From positions 393,576,001-393,640,000 of the forward strand of contig OZ024740.1 of assembly GCA_964016885.1 (NCBI GenBank): a DNA stretch of 64,000 nt, in the 5' to 3' direction. Shown here one piece after another: positions 38,112 to 49,939 of the stretch. Position 1 is the stretch's first letter; each line of letters starts with the position of its first letter. Source of the DNA: Eledone cirrhosa (taxonomy: Eukaryota). A model generated the notes under the pieces. The model saw only the letters and a program-made list of their open reading frames with translations, did not search any database and was not told the DNA's origin. Position numbers and translations under genes: made by a program.

Positions 38112-38984
38112 CATGCTCGTATACAAGCATATATGCATGTATATATTTATAAACATATCAAATTTAATAGACACACACAACTCTATCATTTGTACACATT
38201 CAAATCAATCCTTAGGCATGTACATACTTTCATATTTCAATAAATAGACATACACAGATACACATTTCCACACACACACACACACGCAAAACACAAATAT
38301 TCCCACACACACACAGACAAATGTTAAATCACAAAAATATACACACATTTGACATTAAAAATATAAAACTCAGGGTTCAGAAATCTTTCATTACAGCAAT
38401 CAAGTTTTTTCACCTTCTTAGTATTCCTACTGTAGCTACTCCTGCTGCTGCTGTTAGTGTTGTTGTTATTGTTGATGTTATTGCTATTTGGTTACAGTTT
38501 GCTGGCTAATTTATTGCTATTTTGATACGAGTCCACCCACCCACCTGCATGGTATCTTTGTTGTTTGTTTGGTTATTTATGTATTTATTTGTTTGTATTT
38601 TATGTTTATTATTCTTTGCAGCTGTCTACATAATAATGGAAATTCTAAGAGGAAATAATGATTTTGTCCTGAAGGAAAGGAAGAGCCAAAGAAGTTTGAA
38701 AGATAAAGAATATAATAAATCAGTCAAAAAATACTGGCAATAACCTCATATATTGGGAAAACATCAGTATTTCTTGCAACTTCCTTCCACCACTATAGCC
38801 AAATATCTATCTCACAAGTCTTTATCTACGTTATTCTTTCCATGTACACACTTGACACAAATGACTCTCTGTCCCAGTCTCTCTATTATATAAAGTAGAG
38901 AGAGAAAGAAAGAGGGATACAATTTTTTATATTATGTCACTTATTCTTTAAAAAATTTTCTGCAGCATATATACACATACATAT

Positions 38985-39410
38985 ATCATCATTTTACATC
39001 CGCTCTTCCCTGCTTGCAAGGGTGGGACGGGTCTTATTCAGCACAGCATCTCTCCACTTGTTACGGTCCTTCATCATCTCAACCGTGAGCTTCAGCGAAC
39101 TGAGGTCTGTTCTCACCACCTCCGCCCATGTTTTTCGTGGTCTACCTCTACCACGTCTTCCTTCAACTGGCATTTCTTGGCACTTCTTTACCCATCGGTC
39201 ATCCTCCATGCGCATCACATGTCCATACCACCTCAGTCTCCTCTCCCGTACACAACATTCTATCCCTCTCAGACACAGTTTCTCTCTCAACACATTCATG
39301 CTGGGTCGTTCACGCACATTGACACTGCACATCCAATGGAGCATGCTTGCCTCATTTCTCTCCAGCCGTTGCATATCCTCTGCAGTTGCTGCCCATGTCT
39401 CACTACCATA
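38985..39410 (-). mobile_element. 3' end of an RTE LINE (candidate partner of SINE family A)
   Basis: YGSETW...LRWYGHVMRM...RGRGRPRKTW...TRPTLASREERM*, then AATGATGAT. Confidence 0.9.
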
Positions 39411-39427
39411 TATATAAATATACACAC

Positions 39428-39468
<41 letters not shown>

Positions 39469-39522
39469 TACATATACATATATATATACATACATACATA
39501 TACATATACATATACATACATA

Positions 39523-40578
39523 GTAACACTGAAGCAACACCTTCAACAGAGGAAAAAGTTTGGCAACCATCTTGCCCAGGTTTATGAGCATGAAAAAAGA
39601 AATATCATTAGAATAGCGACTGATCTGGAGGAGAGATATGGAATAAAGCCTGATATAAATCTCTCACCCAGAGAAATCGGAAGATCCTATTCAATGTTCA
39701 AACAAGATAAGAAAATTGACCAATTTACAGAAAAGGTTGTGCATGGATACTTGAGGCGTAAAACACAGACCATAGAGGGGATAAACCACTCAAAAAGCCT
39801 GGCATGGAGTTCCGACAAGTTTATGACATCACACCTTGAGGGATATCTCTATGCAATACAGGAACAAGAACTCCCTACCAAATATCTGCTGCACAAAAGA
39901 GGAGGGCCAGCAGATGACAATAAATGTAGGCTATGTAAAACAAAGATCGAGGATGTAAGCCACATTGTTGCCAGCTGCGAAAGAATGTCATCTCGCTACC
40001 ACCTCCCCATGAGACACGATGGGATAGCTAGAACCATCTGGAACGCACTTCGGAAAACAAAATTAACAACAAACGAGGAAGAATATATTGTGACAGATGG
40101 CACTAAGGAATACTGGTGGAACCTGAAAATAAAAACTGCCACCAAATTAAAGCACAACCGGCCTGATATTGTAGTTTGGGAAAACACATTGAAAACGTGT
40201 TCTGTTGTGGAGATCAGCTGCCCACTTGATGTAAACATTGTCAGTAAAATACAGGAGAAGGAGGACATCTATGGACCATTGATGAGGAGTTTACAAATCC
40301 AGTATCCAAGATACACCTTTAGCTTCATACCCATCATTATTGGTGCTACGGGTTATATACCAACCCGCTTGGACCAGAGTATGACTGAACTTGGATTTGC
40401 GGACAAAAAGCGCAGCTCCCTAATTCATAGTCTACAAATGGCTGCGATAGCTGGCACCTTCAAAATTTGCAAAACATTCTTGCGATTCAAGGGATGACAA
40501 TTTCTTTTCTTTTACAACCTTGCCACCAGGAAGGTGGCCGGTCAAAATAATATACTCGAAATTAAGAGAAAGAGAAAA
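39523..40578 (+). mobile_element. R4/Dong-like retroposon 3' end (copy 1)
   Basis: Contains ORF 39694..40497 and a short 3' UTR ending CTCGAAATTAAGAGAAAGAGAAAA. Flanked by (TACA/TA)n. Confidence 0.88.
39694..40497 (+). CDS. C-terminal CCHC zinc knuckle + restriction-like endonuclease of an R4/Dong-like element (5'-truncated)
   Basis: CRLC...HIVASC, RHD, RPDIVV...VVEISCP, KEDIY motifs. Confidence 0.85.
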   Translation: MFKQDKKIDQFTEKVVHGYLRRKTQTIEGINHSKSLAWSSDKFMTSHLEGYLYAIQEQELPTKYLLHKRGGPADDNKCRLCKTKIEDVSHIVASCERMSSRYHLPMRHDGIARTIWNALRKTKLTTNEEEYIVTDGTKEYWWNLKIKTATKLKHNRPDIVVWENTLKTCSVVEISCPLDVNIVSKIQEKEDIYGPLMRSLQIQYPRYTFSFIPIIIGATGYIPTRLDQSMTELGFADKKRSSLIHSLQMAAIAGTFKICKTFLRFKG

Positions 40579-41599
40579 CATACATACACATATATATATA
40601 CATACATACATACACATATATATATATACATACACATATATATATACATACATACACCTATATATATACATACATACATACACATATATATATACATACA
40701 TACATATACATATATATATATATACATATACATATATATATACATACATACATATACATATATATATACATACATACATATACATATATATATACATACA
40801 TACATATACATATATATATACATACATACATATACATATATATATACATACATACATATACATATATATATACATACATACATATACATATATATATACA
40901 TACATATACATATATATATACATACATATACATATATATATACATACATACATATACATATATATATACATACATATACATATACATATATATATACATA
41001 CATATACATATACATATATATATACATATACATATATACATACATATACATATATATATATATACATACATATACATATATATATATACATACATACATA
41101 CATATACATATATATATATACATACATACATACATATACATATATATATATATACATACATATACATATATATATATACATACATACATATATATATACA
41201 TACATACATATATATATACATACATACATATACATACATACATATACATATATATATATACATACATACATATATATATATACATACATACATATATATA
41301 TATACATACATACATACACATATATATATACATACATACAAATATATATATACATACATACATATACATATATATATACATACATACATATACATATATA
41401 TATACATACATACATATATATATACATACATACATATATATATACATACATATATACATACATACATATATATATACATACATACATATATATATACATA
41501 CATACATACATATATACATACATACATACATATATATATACATACATATATACATACATACATACATATATACATACATATATACATATATATATACAT
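40579..41599. repeat. ~1-kb compound (TACA)/(TA) microsatellite
   Basis: Directly visible. Similar tracts lie at 44646-45139 and 45739-46760. Confidence 0.95.
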
Positions 41600-42077
41600 A
41601 TGGCACTAAGGAATACTGGTGGAACCTGAAAATAAAAACTGCCACCAAATTAAAGCACAACCGGCCTGATATTGTTTGGGACCACACTTTGAAAACGTGT
41701 TCTGTTGTGGAGATCAGCTGCCCACTTGATGTAAAAGTTGTCAGAAAAATACAGGAGAAGGAGGACATCTACGGCCCATTGATGAGGAGTTTACAAATCC
41801 AGTATCCAAGATACACCTTTAGCTTCATACCCATCATCATTGGTGCTACGGGTTATATACCAACCCGCTTGGACCAAAGTATGACTGAACTTGGATTTGC
41901 GGACAAAAAGCGCAGCTCCCTAATTCATAGTCTACAAATGACTGCAATAGCTGGCACCTTCAAAATTTGCAAAACATTCTTGCGATTCAAAGGATGACAA
42001 TTTCTTTTCTTTTACAACCTTGCCACCAGGAACGTGGCTGGTCAAAAAAAAAATATACTCGAAATTAAGAGAAAAAG
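41600..42077 (+). mobile_element. R4/Dong-like retroposon 3' end (copy 2)
   Basis: [11 protein letters not shown]...KTFLRFKG* plus the same 3' UTR, with a different 5' breakpoint. Confidence 0.88.
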
Positions 42078-42080
42078 ATA

Positions 42081-42116
<36 letters not shown>

Positions 42117-42200
42117 TATATACATATATATACATATATATATACATACATATATACATATATATATACATACATATATACATATATATATATATACATA

Positions 42201-42883
42201 TGATGGCTGCCCCCTCGTTATCGAGTATGGCCATTGCACGAGGAGAGAAAAAAAAAAAATATATATATATATATATACATATACACACACACACATATAC
42301 ATTAATAACAATAATAATAATAACAACAATAATAATAACGACAACAACAATAATAATATACATATATATATACACATACACACATAAACATATCTATACA
42401 TACACACACACACGATAGCAACTAACAGCGCTGCGATCGAATGTGTCTTTTTAGCCCAGCCAATGATCTAAAATGTCTTGCACAGAGTCGGCAACCAAAA
42501 CATTCACTGGGAATAGCCGGCTGTGGTTGGAGTTCGTGTACTTTTGCATGTCGCTTGAGCCCTCCTGCTGATTTACATTCTCTACCACATGTTTGGCAAG
42601 CATGATGAGTAGCATCTCCAACGGCAGCCTGGTAGTCAACCACTGGTCTTATTTTATGACTGTGAAGATGACTTTCGAGTCCAGCTTTGCTTAGGCAAAG
42701 TCTCGCACAGACGCTGCATGTCAGAACCATAGGAGGACCCTCGCCGTCTGGAAGTGCAACAGCATTGCCATTCCTCACATCCCGCTTTACTTTCTCGTAT
42801 GCGATTCGAGATGCCTCAAAGGCAACTTTTCCCTCATATACAGTCTTTCTCCATTTATTACGATCAGCAGCAATATTTTCCCA
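42201..42883 (-). mobile_element. 3' end of an RTE-clade LINE with three C-terminal C2H2 zinc fingers; 3' UTR split by a simple-repeat insertion
   Basis: WENIAADRNKWRKTV...CSVC...HLHSH...CQTC...HAKVH...CRLC...HIRS. Terminal motif GGCCATACTCGATAACGAGGGGGCAGCCATCA. Confidence 0.85.
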
Positions 42884-42957
42884 TATATACATATATACAT
42901 AATATACATACATATACTTATATATATACATACATATACTTATATATATACATACAT

Positions 42958-43344
42958 ACATCATCATCATCATCATCATCAGGTTTAGCGTCCGTGTTCC
43001 ACGCTTGCATGGGTTTGGACGGGGGTTTTCCCACTTGAGGCAAGAGTGGTTGTCTTGCTCGCATAGGACTGTCTGGCGGGTTTTCTACAGTTGGATGCCC
43101 TTCCTAACACCAACCACATTTACAGTGTGGGGCTGGGAGGTTTTTACCGTGTTGCCTACACGGCCACATTACAGCGTGGACTGTCTGGCGGGTTTTCTAC
43201 AGCTGGATGCCCTTCCTAACACCAACCACATTTACAGTGTGGGGCTGGGAGGTTTTTACCGTGTTGCCTACACGGCCACATTTACAGCGTGGACTGTGTG
43301 TTTTTTGTCGTGACACCTACACGATCTCATTTGTTTCGGCCTGG

Positions 43345-43345
<1 letters not shown>
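42958..43345 (-). mobile_element. SINE family A-related fragment with internal ~112-bp tandem duplication
   Basis: GGACTGTCTGGCGGGTTTTCTACAG...GGATGCCCTTCCTAACACCAACC occurs twice (~43066 and ~43178). (GAT)n tail. Confidence 0.75.
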
Positions 43346-43375
<30 letters not shown>

Positions 43376-43453
43376 CATATATATATATACATACAAACAT
43401 ATACATATATACATACATACATACATATATACATATATACATACATATATACA

Positions 43454-43860
43454 TCGTGGCTGCCAACTCGTTTTCGAGTACGGCCACTACTTTATATCCA
43501 TGTAGGAGACCCCCCCCCCCATGCGCTGAACGAGTGTAACTTTTTAGTCCAGCCAGCGACTTGAAAACTCAGGTACAAACACTACACTTATGACAATTAC
43601 TGACACATAGTGCTGGGCCCATGGTACCATGTGATGACAAGTGCAGATAGATCTTCAGATATAAAGCAATGCCTGTGCCGTGAAGCTTTTATAGTGAGCA
43701 AAGGCACTGCACAAAGCCAGTCCCACTCTCTTAACCAAGATGATATTTACTAAAAAGAAGAACAAGTCAACATCATTGGATACCATCAGGGTTGCAGGTG
43801 CTATATCAGAGTTTTCCTTCTCCTAGAATTCTGCCTTGACAAAGGCTAAGGGGTCATCTC
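43454..43860 (-). mobile_element. Bipartite non-autonomous RTE element, copy A (5'-truncated)
   Basis: Near-identical to the corresponding part of 46761-47371. Confidence 0.8.
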
Positions 43861-43901
43861 ATATATACATACATACATATATACATACATACATACATAT
43901 A

Positions 43902-44645
43902 TTGAGGGATATCTCTATGCAATACAGGAACAAGAACTCCCTACCAAATATCTGCTGCACAAAAGGGGAGGGCCAGCAGATGACAATAAATATAGGCTAT
44001 GTAAAACAAAGATCAAGGATGTAAGCCACATTGTTGCCAGCTGCGAAAGAATGTCATCTCGCTACTACCTCCCCATGAGACACGATGGGATAGCTAGAAC
44101 CATCTGGAACGCACTTCGGAAAACAAAATTAACAACAAACGAGGAAGAATATATTGAGACAGATGGCACTAAGGAATACTGGTGGAACCTGAAAATAAAA
44201 ACTGCCACCAAATTAAAGCACAACCGGCCTGATATTGCAGTTTGGGACCACACATTGAAAACGTGTTCTGTTGTGGAAATCAGCTGCCCACTTGATGTAA
44301 AAGTTGTCAGAAAAATACAGGAGAAGGAGGACATCTACGGACCATTGATGAGGAGTTTACAAATCCAGTGTCCAAGATACACCTTTAGCTTCATACCCAT
44401 CATTATTGGTGCTACGGGTTATATACCAACCCGCTTGGACCAAAGTATGACTGAACTTGGATTTGTGGACAAAAAGCGCAGCTCCCTAATTCATAGTCTA
44501 CAAATGGCTGCGATAGCTGGCACATTCAAAATTTGCAAAACATTCTTGCGATTCAAAGGATGACAATTTCTTTTCTTTTACAACCTTGCAAACCAGGAAG
44601 GTGGCTGGTCAAAAAAATATACTCGAAATTAAGAGAAAGAAAAAA
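43902..44645 (+). mobile_element. R4/Dong-like retroposon 3' end (copy 3)
   Basis: ORF 44051..44563 (RHD, RPDI, EISCP) and the same 3' UTR, with a third 5' breakpoint. Confidence 0.88.
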
Positions 44646-44778
44646 CATATCTACATACATACAAATATATATATATATATATACATACATATATACATAC
44701 ATACATATATACATACATACATACATATATACATACATACATACATACATACATACACATACATTTATACATACATAC

Positions 44779-44809
<31 letters not shown>

Positions 44810-44887
44810 CATACATATATATATACATACATACATACATATATATACATACATGCATATACATACATACATACATACATACATACA

Positions 44888-44923
<36 letters not shown>

Positions 44924-45139
44924 TACATAGATACATACATACATATATATACATACATACATATATACATACATATATATATACATACATACATATATAC
45001 ATACATATATATATACATACATACATATACATACATACATATATATATATATACATACATACATATATATATACATACATATATACATATATACATACAT
45101 ACATATATATATACATACATATATACATATATATATACA

Positions 45140-45738
45140 TGGTGGCTGCCAACTCGTTTTCGAGTACGGCCACCACCTTATATCCATGTAGGAGAACCCC
45201 TACCGATGCGCTGAACGAATGTGACTTTTTAGTCCAGCCAGCGACTTGAAAACTCTGGCACAAAGACTACGCTTGTGACCATTATTGACACATAGTGCAG
45301 GGCCCATGGTACCATGTGATGACAAGTGCAGAGAGATCTCCAGATATAAAACAATGCCTGTGCTGTGAAGCTTTTATAGTGAGCAAAGGCACTGCACAAA
45401 GCCAGTCCCACTCTCTTAACCAAGATGATATTTACCAAAAAGAAGAACAAGTCAACATCATTGGATACCATCAGGGTTGCAGGTGTTATATCAGAGTTTT
45501 CCTTCTCCTAGAATTCTGCCTTGACAAAGGCTAAGGGGTCATCTCTCCCGGTGATTTTGGATGGCTATCGACTCTTAAGAGCTCCCTTGCCCTTTGACAG
45601 GTTTTGTTTTTAGTCCTGCAGGATGTCCAAAGTCACCCTCCTCACCAAGAAACCTTGGTGGGGTTGCCAGTTTAGTCGCCAACGACCCGATCATGAGACA
45701 GGTTGTACTGGGATACATGTTACCAGTAGCACCAACTG
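45140..45738 (-). mobile_element. Bipartite non-autonomous RTE element, copy B
   Basis: Near-identical to copy C, but lacks its first ~16 nt. Confidence 0.8.
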
Positions 45739-46020
45739 TATATATATATACATACATATATACATACATACATACATATATATATACATATATACATACA
45801 TACATATATACATATATACATACATATATACATATATACATACATATATACATACATACATATATACATATATACATACATACATACACATATATATATA
45901 CATACATACATATACATACATACATACATATATATATATATATACATACATATATATATATACATACATACATATATATACATACATACATATATATACA
46001 TACATACATACATACATATA

Positions 46021-46052
<32 letters not shown>

Positions 46053-46063
46053 CATATATATAC

Positions 46064-46102
<39 letters not shown>

Positions 46103-46388
46103 CATATATATACATACATACATATATATACATACATACATATATATACATACATACATATATATACATACATACATACATATATATATATATACATACA
46201 TACATATATATATATATACATACATACATATATATATACATACATACATATATATATACATACATACATACATACATACATATATTTATACATACGTACA
46301 TATATATATACATACGTACATATATATATACATACATACATATATACATACATACATACATATATATATATATACATACATATATATA

Positions 46389-46424
<36 letters not shown>

Positions 46425-46760
46425 TACATACATACATACATACATACATAGATATATACATACATATATATATATATATATACATACATACATACATATA
46501 TATACATACATACATATATATATACATACATACATATATATATACATACATACATACATATATATATATATACTTACATATATATATATATACATACATA
46601 CATATATATATATACATACATACATACATATATATATATATATACATACATACATATATATATATACATACATACATATATATATATACATACATACATA
46701 AATATATATATATATATGCATCCATGTATATATATATATATACATACATACATATATATA

Positions 46761-47371
46761 TGGTGGCTGCCAACTCGTTTTCGAGTACGGCCACTACTTT
46801 ATATCCATGTAGGAAAACCCCTACCGATGCGCTGAATGAGTGTGACTTTTTAGTCGAGCCAGCGACTTGAAAACTCTGGTACAAACACTACACTTGTGAC
46901 AATTATTGACACATAGTGCTGGTCCCATGGTACCATGTGACAACAAGTGCAGAGAGATCTCTAGATATAAAGCAATGCCTGTGCCGTGAGGCTTTTATAG
47001 TGAGCAAAGGCACTGCACAAAGCCAGTCCCACTCTCTTAACCAAGATGATATTTACCAAAAAGAAGAACAATTCAACATCATTGGATACCATCAGGGTTG
47101 CAGGTGTTATAGAGTTTTCCTTCTCCTAGAATTCTGCCTTGACAAAGGCTAAGGGTCATCTCTCCCGGTGATTTTGGATGGCCATTGACTCTTAAGAGCT
47201 CCTTTGCCCTTTGACAGGTTTTGTTTTTAGTCCTGCAGGATGTCCAAAGTCACCCTCCTCACCAAGAAACCTTGGTGGGGTTGCCAGTTTAGTCGCCAAC
47301 GACCCGACCATGAGACAGGTTGTACTGGGATACATGTTACCAGTAGCACCAACTGGTGACCTGACCATAAC
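46761..47371 (-). mobile_element. Bipartite non-autonomous RTE element, copy C (longest)
   Basis: 5' half has RTE 5'-UTR motifs (GGCAACCCCACC, CTAGGAGAAGGAAAACTCT). 3' half has a remnant zinc finger [23 protein letters not shown] and the tail GGCCGTACTCGAAAACGAGTTGGCAGCCACCA. Confidence 0.8.
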
Positions 47372-47388
47372 ATGTATACATACATACA

Positions 47389-47461
<73 letters not shown>

Positions 47462-49034
47462 ATATAGAGAGAGAGGTAATAAAGTTTGATAAAGAATACC
47501 AAAAGTTGGGAAAACACTCAATCAATGCAAATATTTTATGGTATACAAATATTTATTACAATAATTATGGTGTCGTTTAGCCCCAATTTTTTCACTACCC
47601 ATCTGTTTGAGGTATTCACTGGCTCCAATTTTTCAGCCTATCTTGAAACCATTTTGTAATAGTTAAGTTCTTTTCCTTCAAATGTGAAAGAGTTCCAGAA
47701 GGGAAGAAGAAAGATTAAGAAATATATAGTGAGGGGTGTTTTAGATATAGAGTATTAAAGGGGAAACAAGGGAGGTTATTTCATAGCTATAAGAAAGATA
47801 GATCAAGATAGTCCAGGAAAATTAAAAGGAGCTAACTATTGCAGGGTTTATATATATAAAGAGATAAGATTTGTAGAGGAGGGTCCACATGTAATATAAT
47901 GGAAATGCTATACAACTCCACAAACTGTCTTATCACGAAGACTGATTTCTTCAATTACTGCTCCACCACACACAAACTTATACTCAAGAACTGAAAAATC
48001 CCACTCAAACTAGATTAAAAACTGAATACCATAGAGAAGATTAGCAAAATGCTGTACTAGAGAAGATATATGATCAAATAATATAACCTCATCTATCTAT
48101 GTGACACCCACCCACCATCTCTGCTGAAAACAGCTAACTTCACCATCACTGAACATTATCCAGGACCACCTCAACTCCAGTTAAATCATAATTCCTTATT
48201 AGCTGTTCACATCATCACTGTAGCTTCTCCGCTCTCACTCATCCAATTGACAATTTCCACCTCACCTAACTTACACCCATTTGTCACCTTTTGCACCCAT
48301 TGCTCTCTCTCATCCCACTGCCAATTCCCACTACACATGTCATACACTATTTGACATCCTCCTCTCATTGTCTCTCATCTTAAGGGTTCTTCAGCCACAT
48401 CAATGTCAAGCAACCACACTAGCTCTGATACCATAATAAAATGCACCCAGTACATTGTGTAAAGTGGTTAGTGCTAGGAAGGGCTTCCAGCAATAGAAGC
48501 CATGCAAAAGGCATTGGGAGGGCACACCATTAATAGCATAGTGACCTCTGTAGTGCTTGTGTCAGGAAAAATACATTGAGTACAGTCTCTAATGTAGTTG
48601 GTGATAAGAAGAGTATCCAATAGTAGAAACCATGCCAAAAGGAGTCAAGAGGACTTAGCAGTTGTTTCAAGAAAACACCAACAACTGCTAGTGATTTACA
48701 CAATAAATGCACCCAGTCTAAAATACATAATATAGACACATATGTAACTTAATGTAGGTATACAAAGATACACATAATATATTCACACACAAACGCAAAC
48801 TGTAATTCCAATCAATAAACAGGTAGCAGGTATTTTCACCTTAAAGCAATACAAATAAAATATTTTTAAAACTAAGCTTCCCCCCCAAAAGTGTATGTTC
48901 AGAATTGTAAAAAAGTAATAAAGAAATATGAAAGAAGGCAAAATGAAAAACTATTATCAATATGATGTGTAACAAGACAAGATTTATTCATTTTTGTGCT
49001 AATTCTGTGCTGCCACACACACACATACATACAT

Positions 49035-49470
49035 ACAATCATCACTTTGCAGCTATTTTTCATGCTTACATGGGTTGGATAGGTCTTTTTCAAGCAGAGT
49101 GTTGTGCCATTTGTGTTCCTTTTTCATCCCCTTCATGAGCTTCAGTTTTCTGGGATCAGTTCTTATTATTTCTTTTCATATTTACCTTACTATTTCTTGT
49201 TCACTGGTTCATTCCCTTTGGATCACTTCACACATCTTTACAAAATTGTCATCCACCATGTGCATCACATGTCTGTACTAGTGCAGCCTTCTCCCTTGCA
49301 CATTACATTTGATTTTTCTTACAGCCATTTTTTTTTCAGCTCATTTGTGCTCCACTGTTCATGTGCACTAAAATAACACATCCAGTAGAGTATGCTCATC
49401 TCAATTCTTTCCAGCCTTTGTACATTCACCATATTCAATACCTAAGTTTTGATACCATGCAACACACCAA
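49035..49470 (-). mobile_element. Decayed RTE LINE 3' fragment
   Basis: Minus strand VQRLERIEMSILYWMC...RHVMHMVDDNFVKMC, followed by an AACCCATGTAAGCATGAAAA tail. Confidence 0.65.
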
Positions 49471-49939
49471 CTATTTCTAGCAGGCTGAATGACATAGAAG
49501 GTCTCTCATTTGCTAAATTAATAGTGCAACCTCATGAAGAGTGCATGTTCCTCTATAAGCCAGAAGACCCACAGAAAGTGCAGAACTTTACATGTTTCAT
49601 TGTTTTAAGTTAAGGTCATTACAAGAATATGGTTCATCAGATCCATTCAGAGCCTCTTAAATACCCAGGTGTCAGAAAAGTTACACTTTAAACACTCAAT
49701 GACAAACAAATTATCTTTAGTCCAGTGACTCCTTCTTCTTAGCTTACTTAGTATTGAATTTCTACAATCCTGCACCTGTTCTTTGTTGACTTTTCCTGTT
49801 GACATTATTACTCTGCCAAGAACAAAATCTTTTATGACTGCAAAAACTGGTGATGGACTGCAACTTGTCTTAGGAGGTGTGGGATGGAAGCACAAAGGTT
49901 ATGTATCCTGAGACCCCAGAGAGGGTTTGGAAGGGAGCA

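Noticed and set aside
42422-42979. Host C2H2 zinc-finger gene
   Set aside because: The fingers follow the RTE WExxAxDRxxWR motif and precede a retroposon tail, TGEKP linkers are absent, and the N-terminus is microsatellite.
40432-46884. Long ORFs of 200-490 aa rich in Y/I/H/T or M/Y/V/C, including 40534..41997 fused to an endonuclease
   Set aside because: Translations of stop-free (TACA/TA)n microsatellites. The fusion to the R4-like endonuclease is a chance frame match at a 5' truncation.
43454-47371. Repeat-spacer alternation resembling a CRISPR-like or programmed array
   Set aside because: The units are 400-750 bp retroelement pieces, the spacers are microsatellites, the context is eukaryotic and there are no cas genes.
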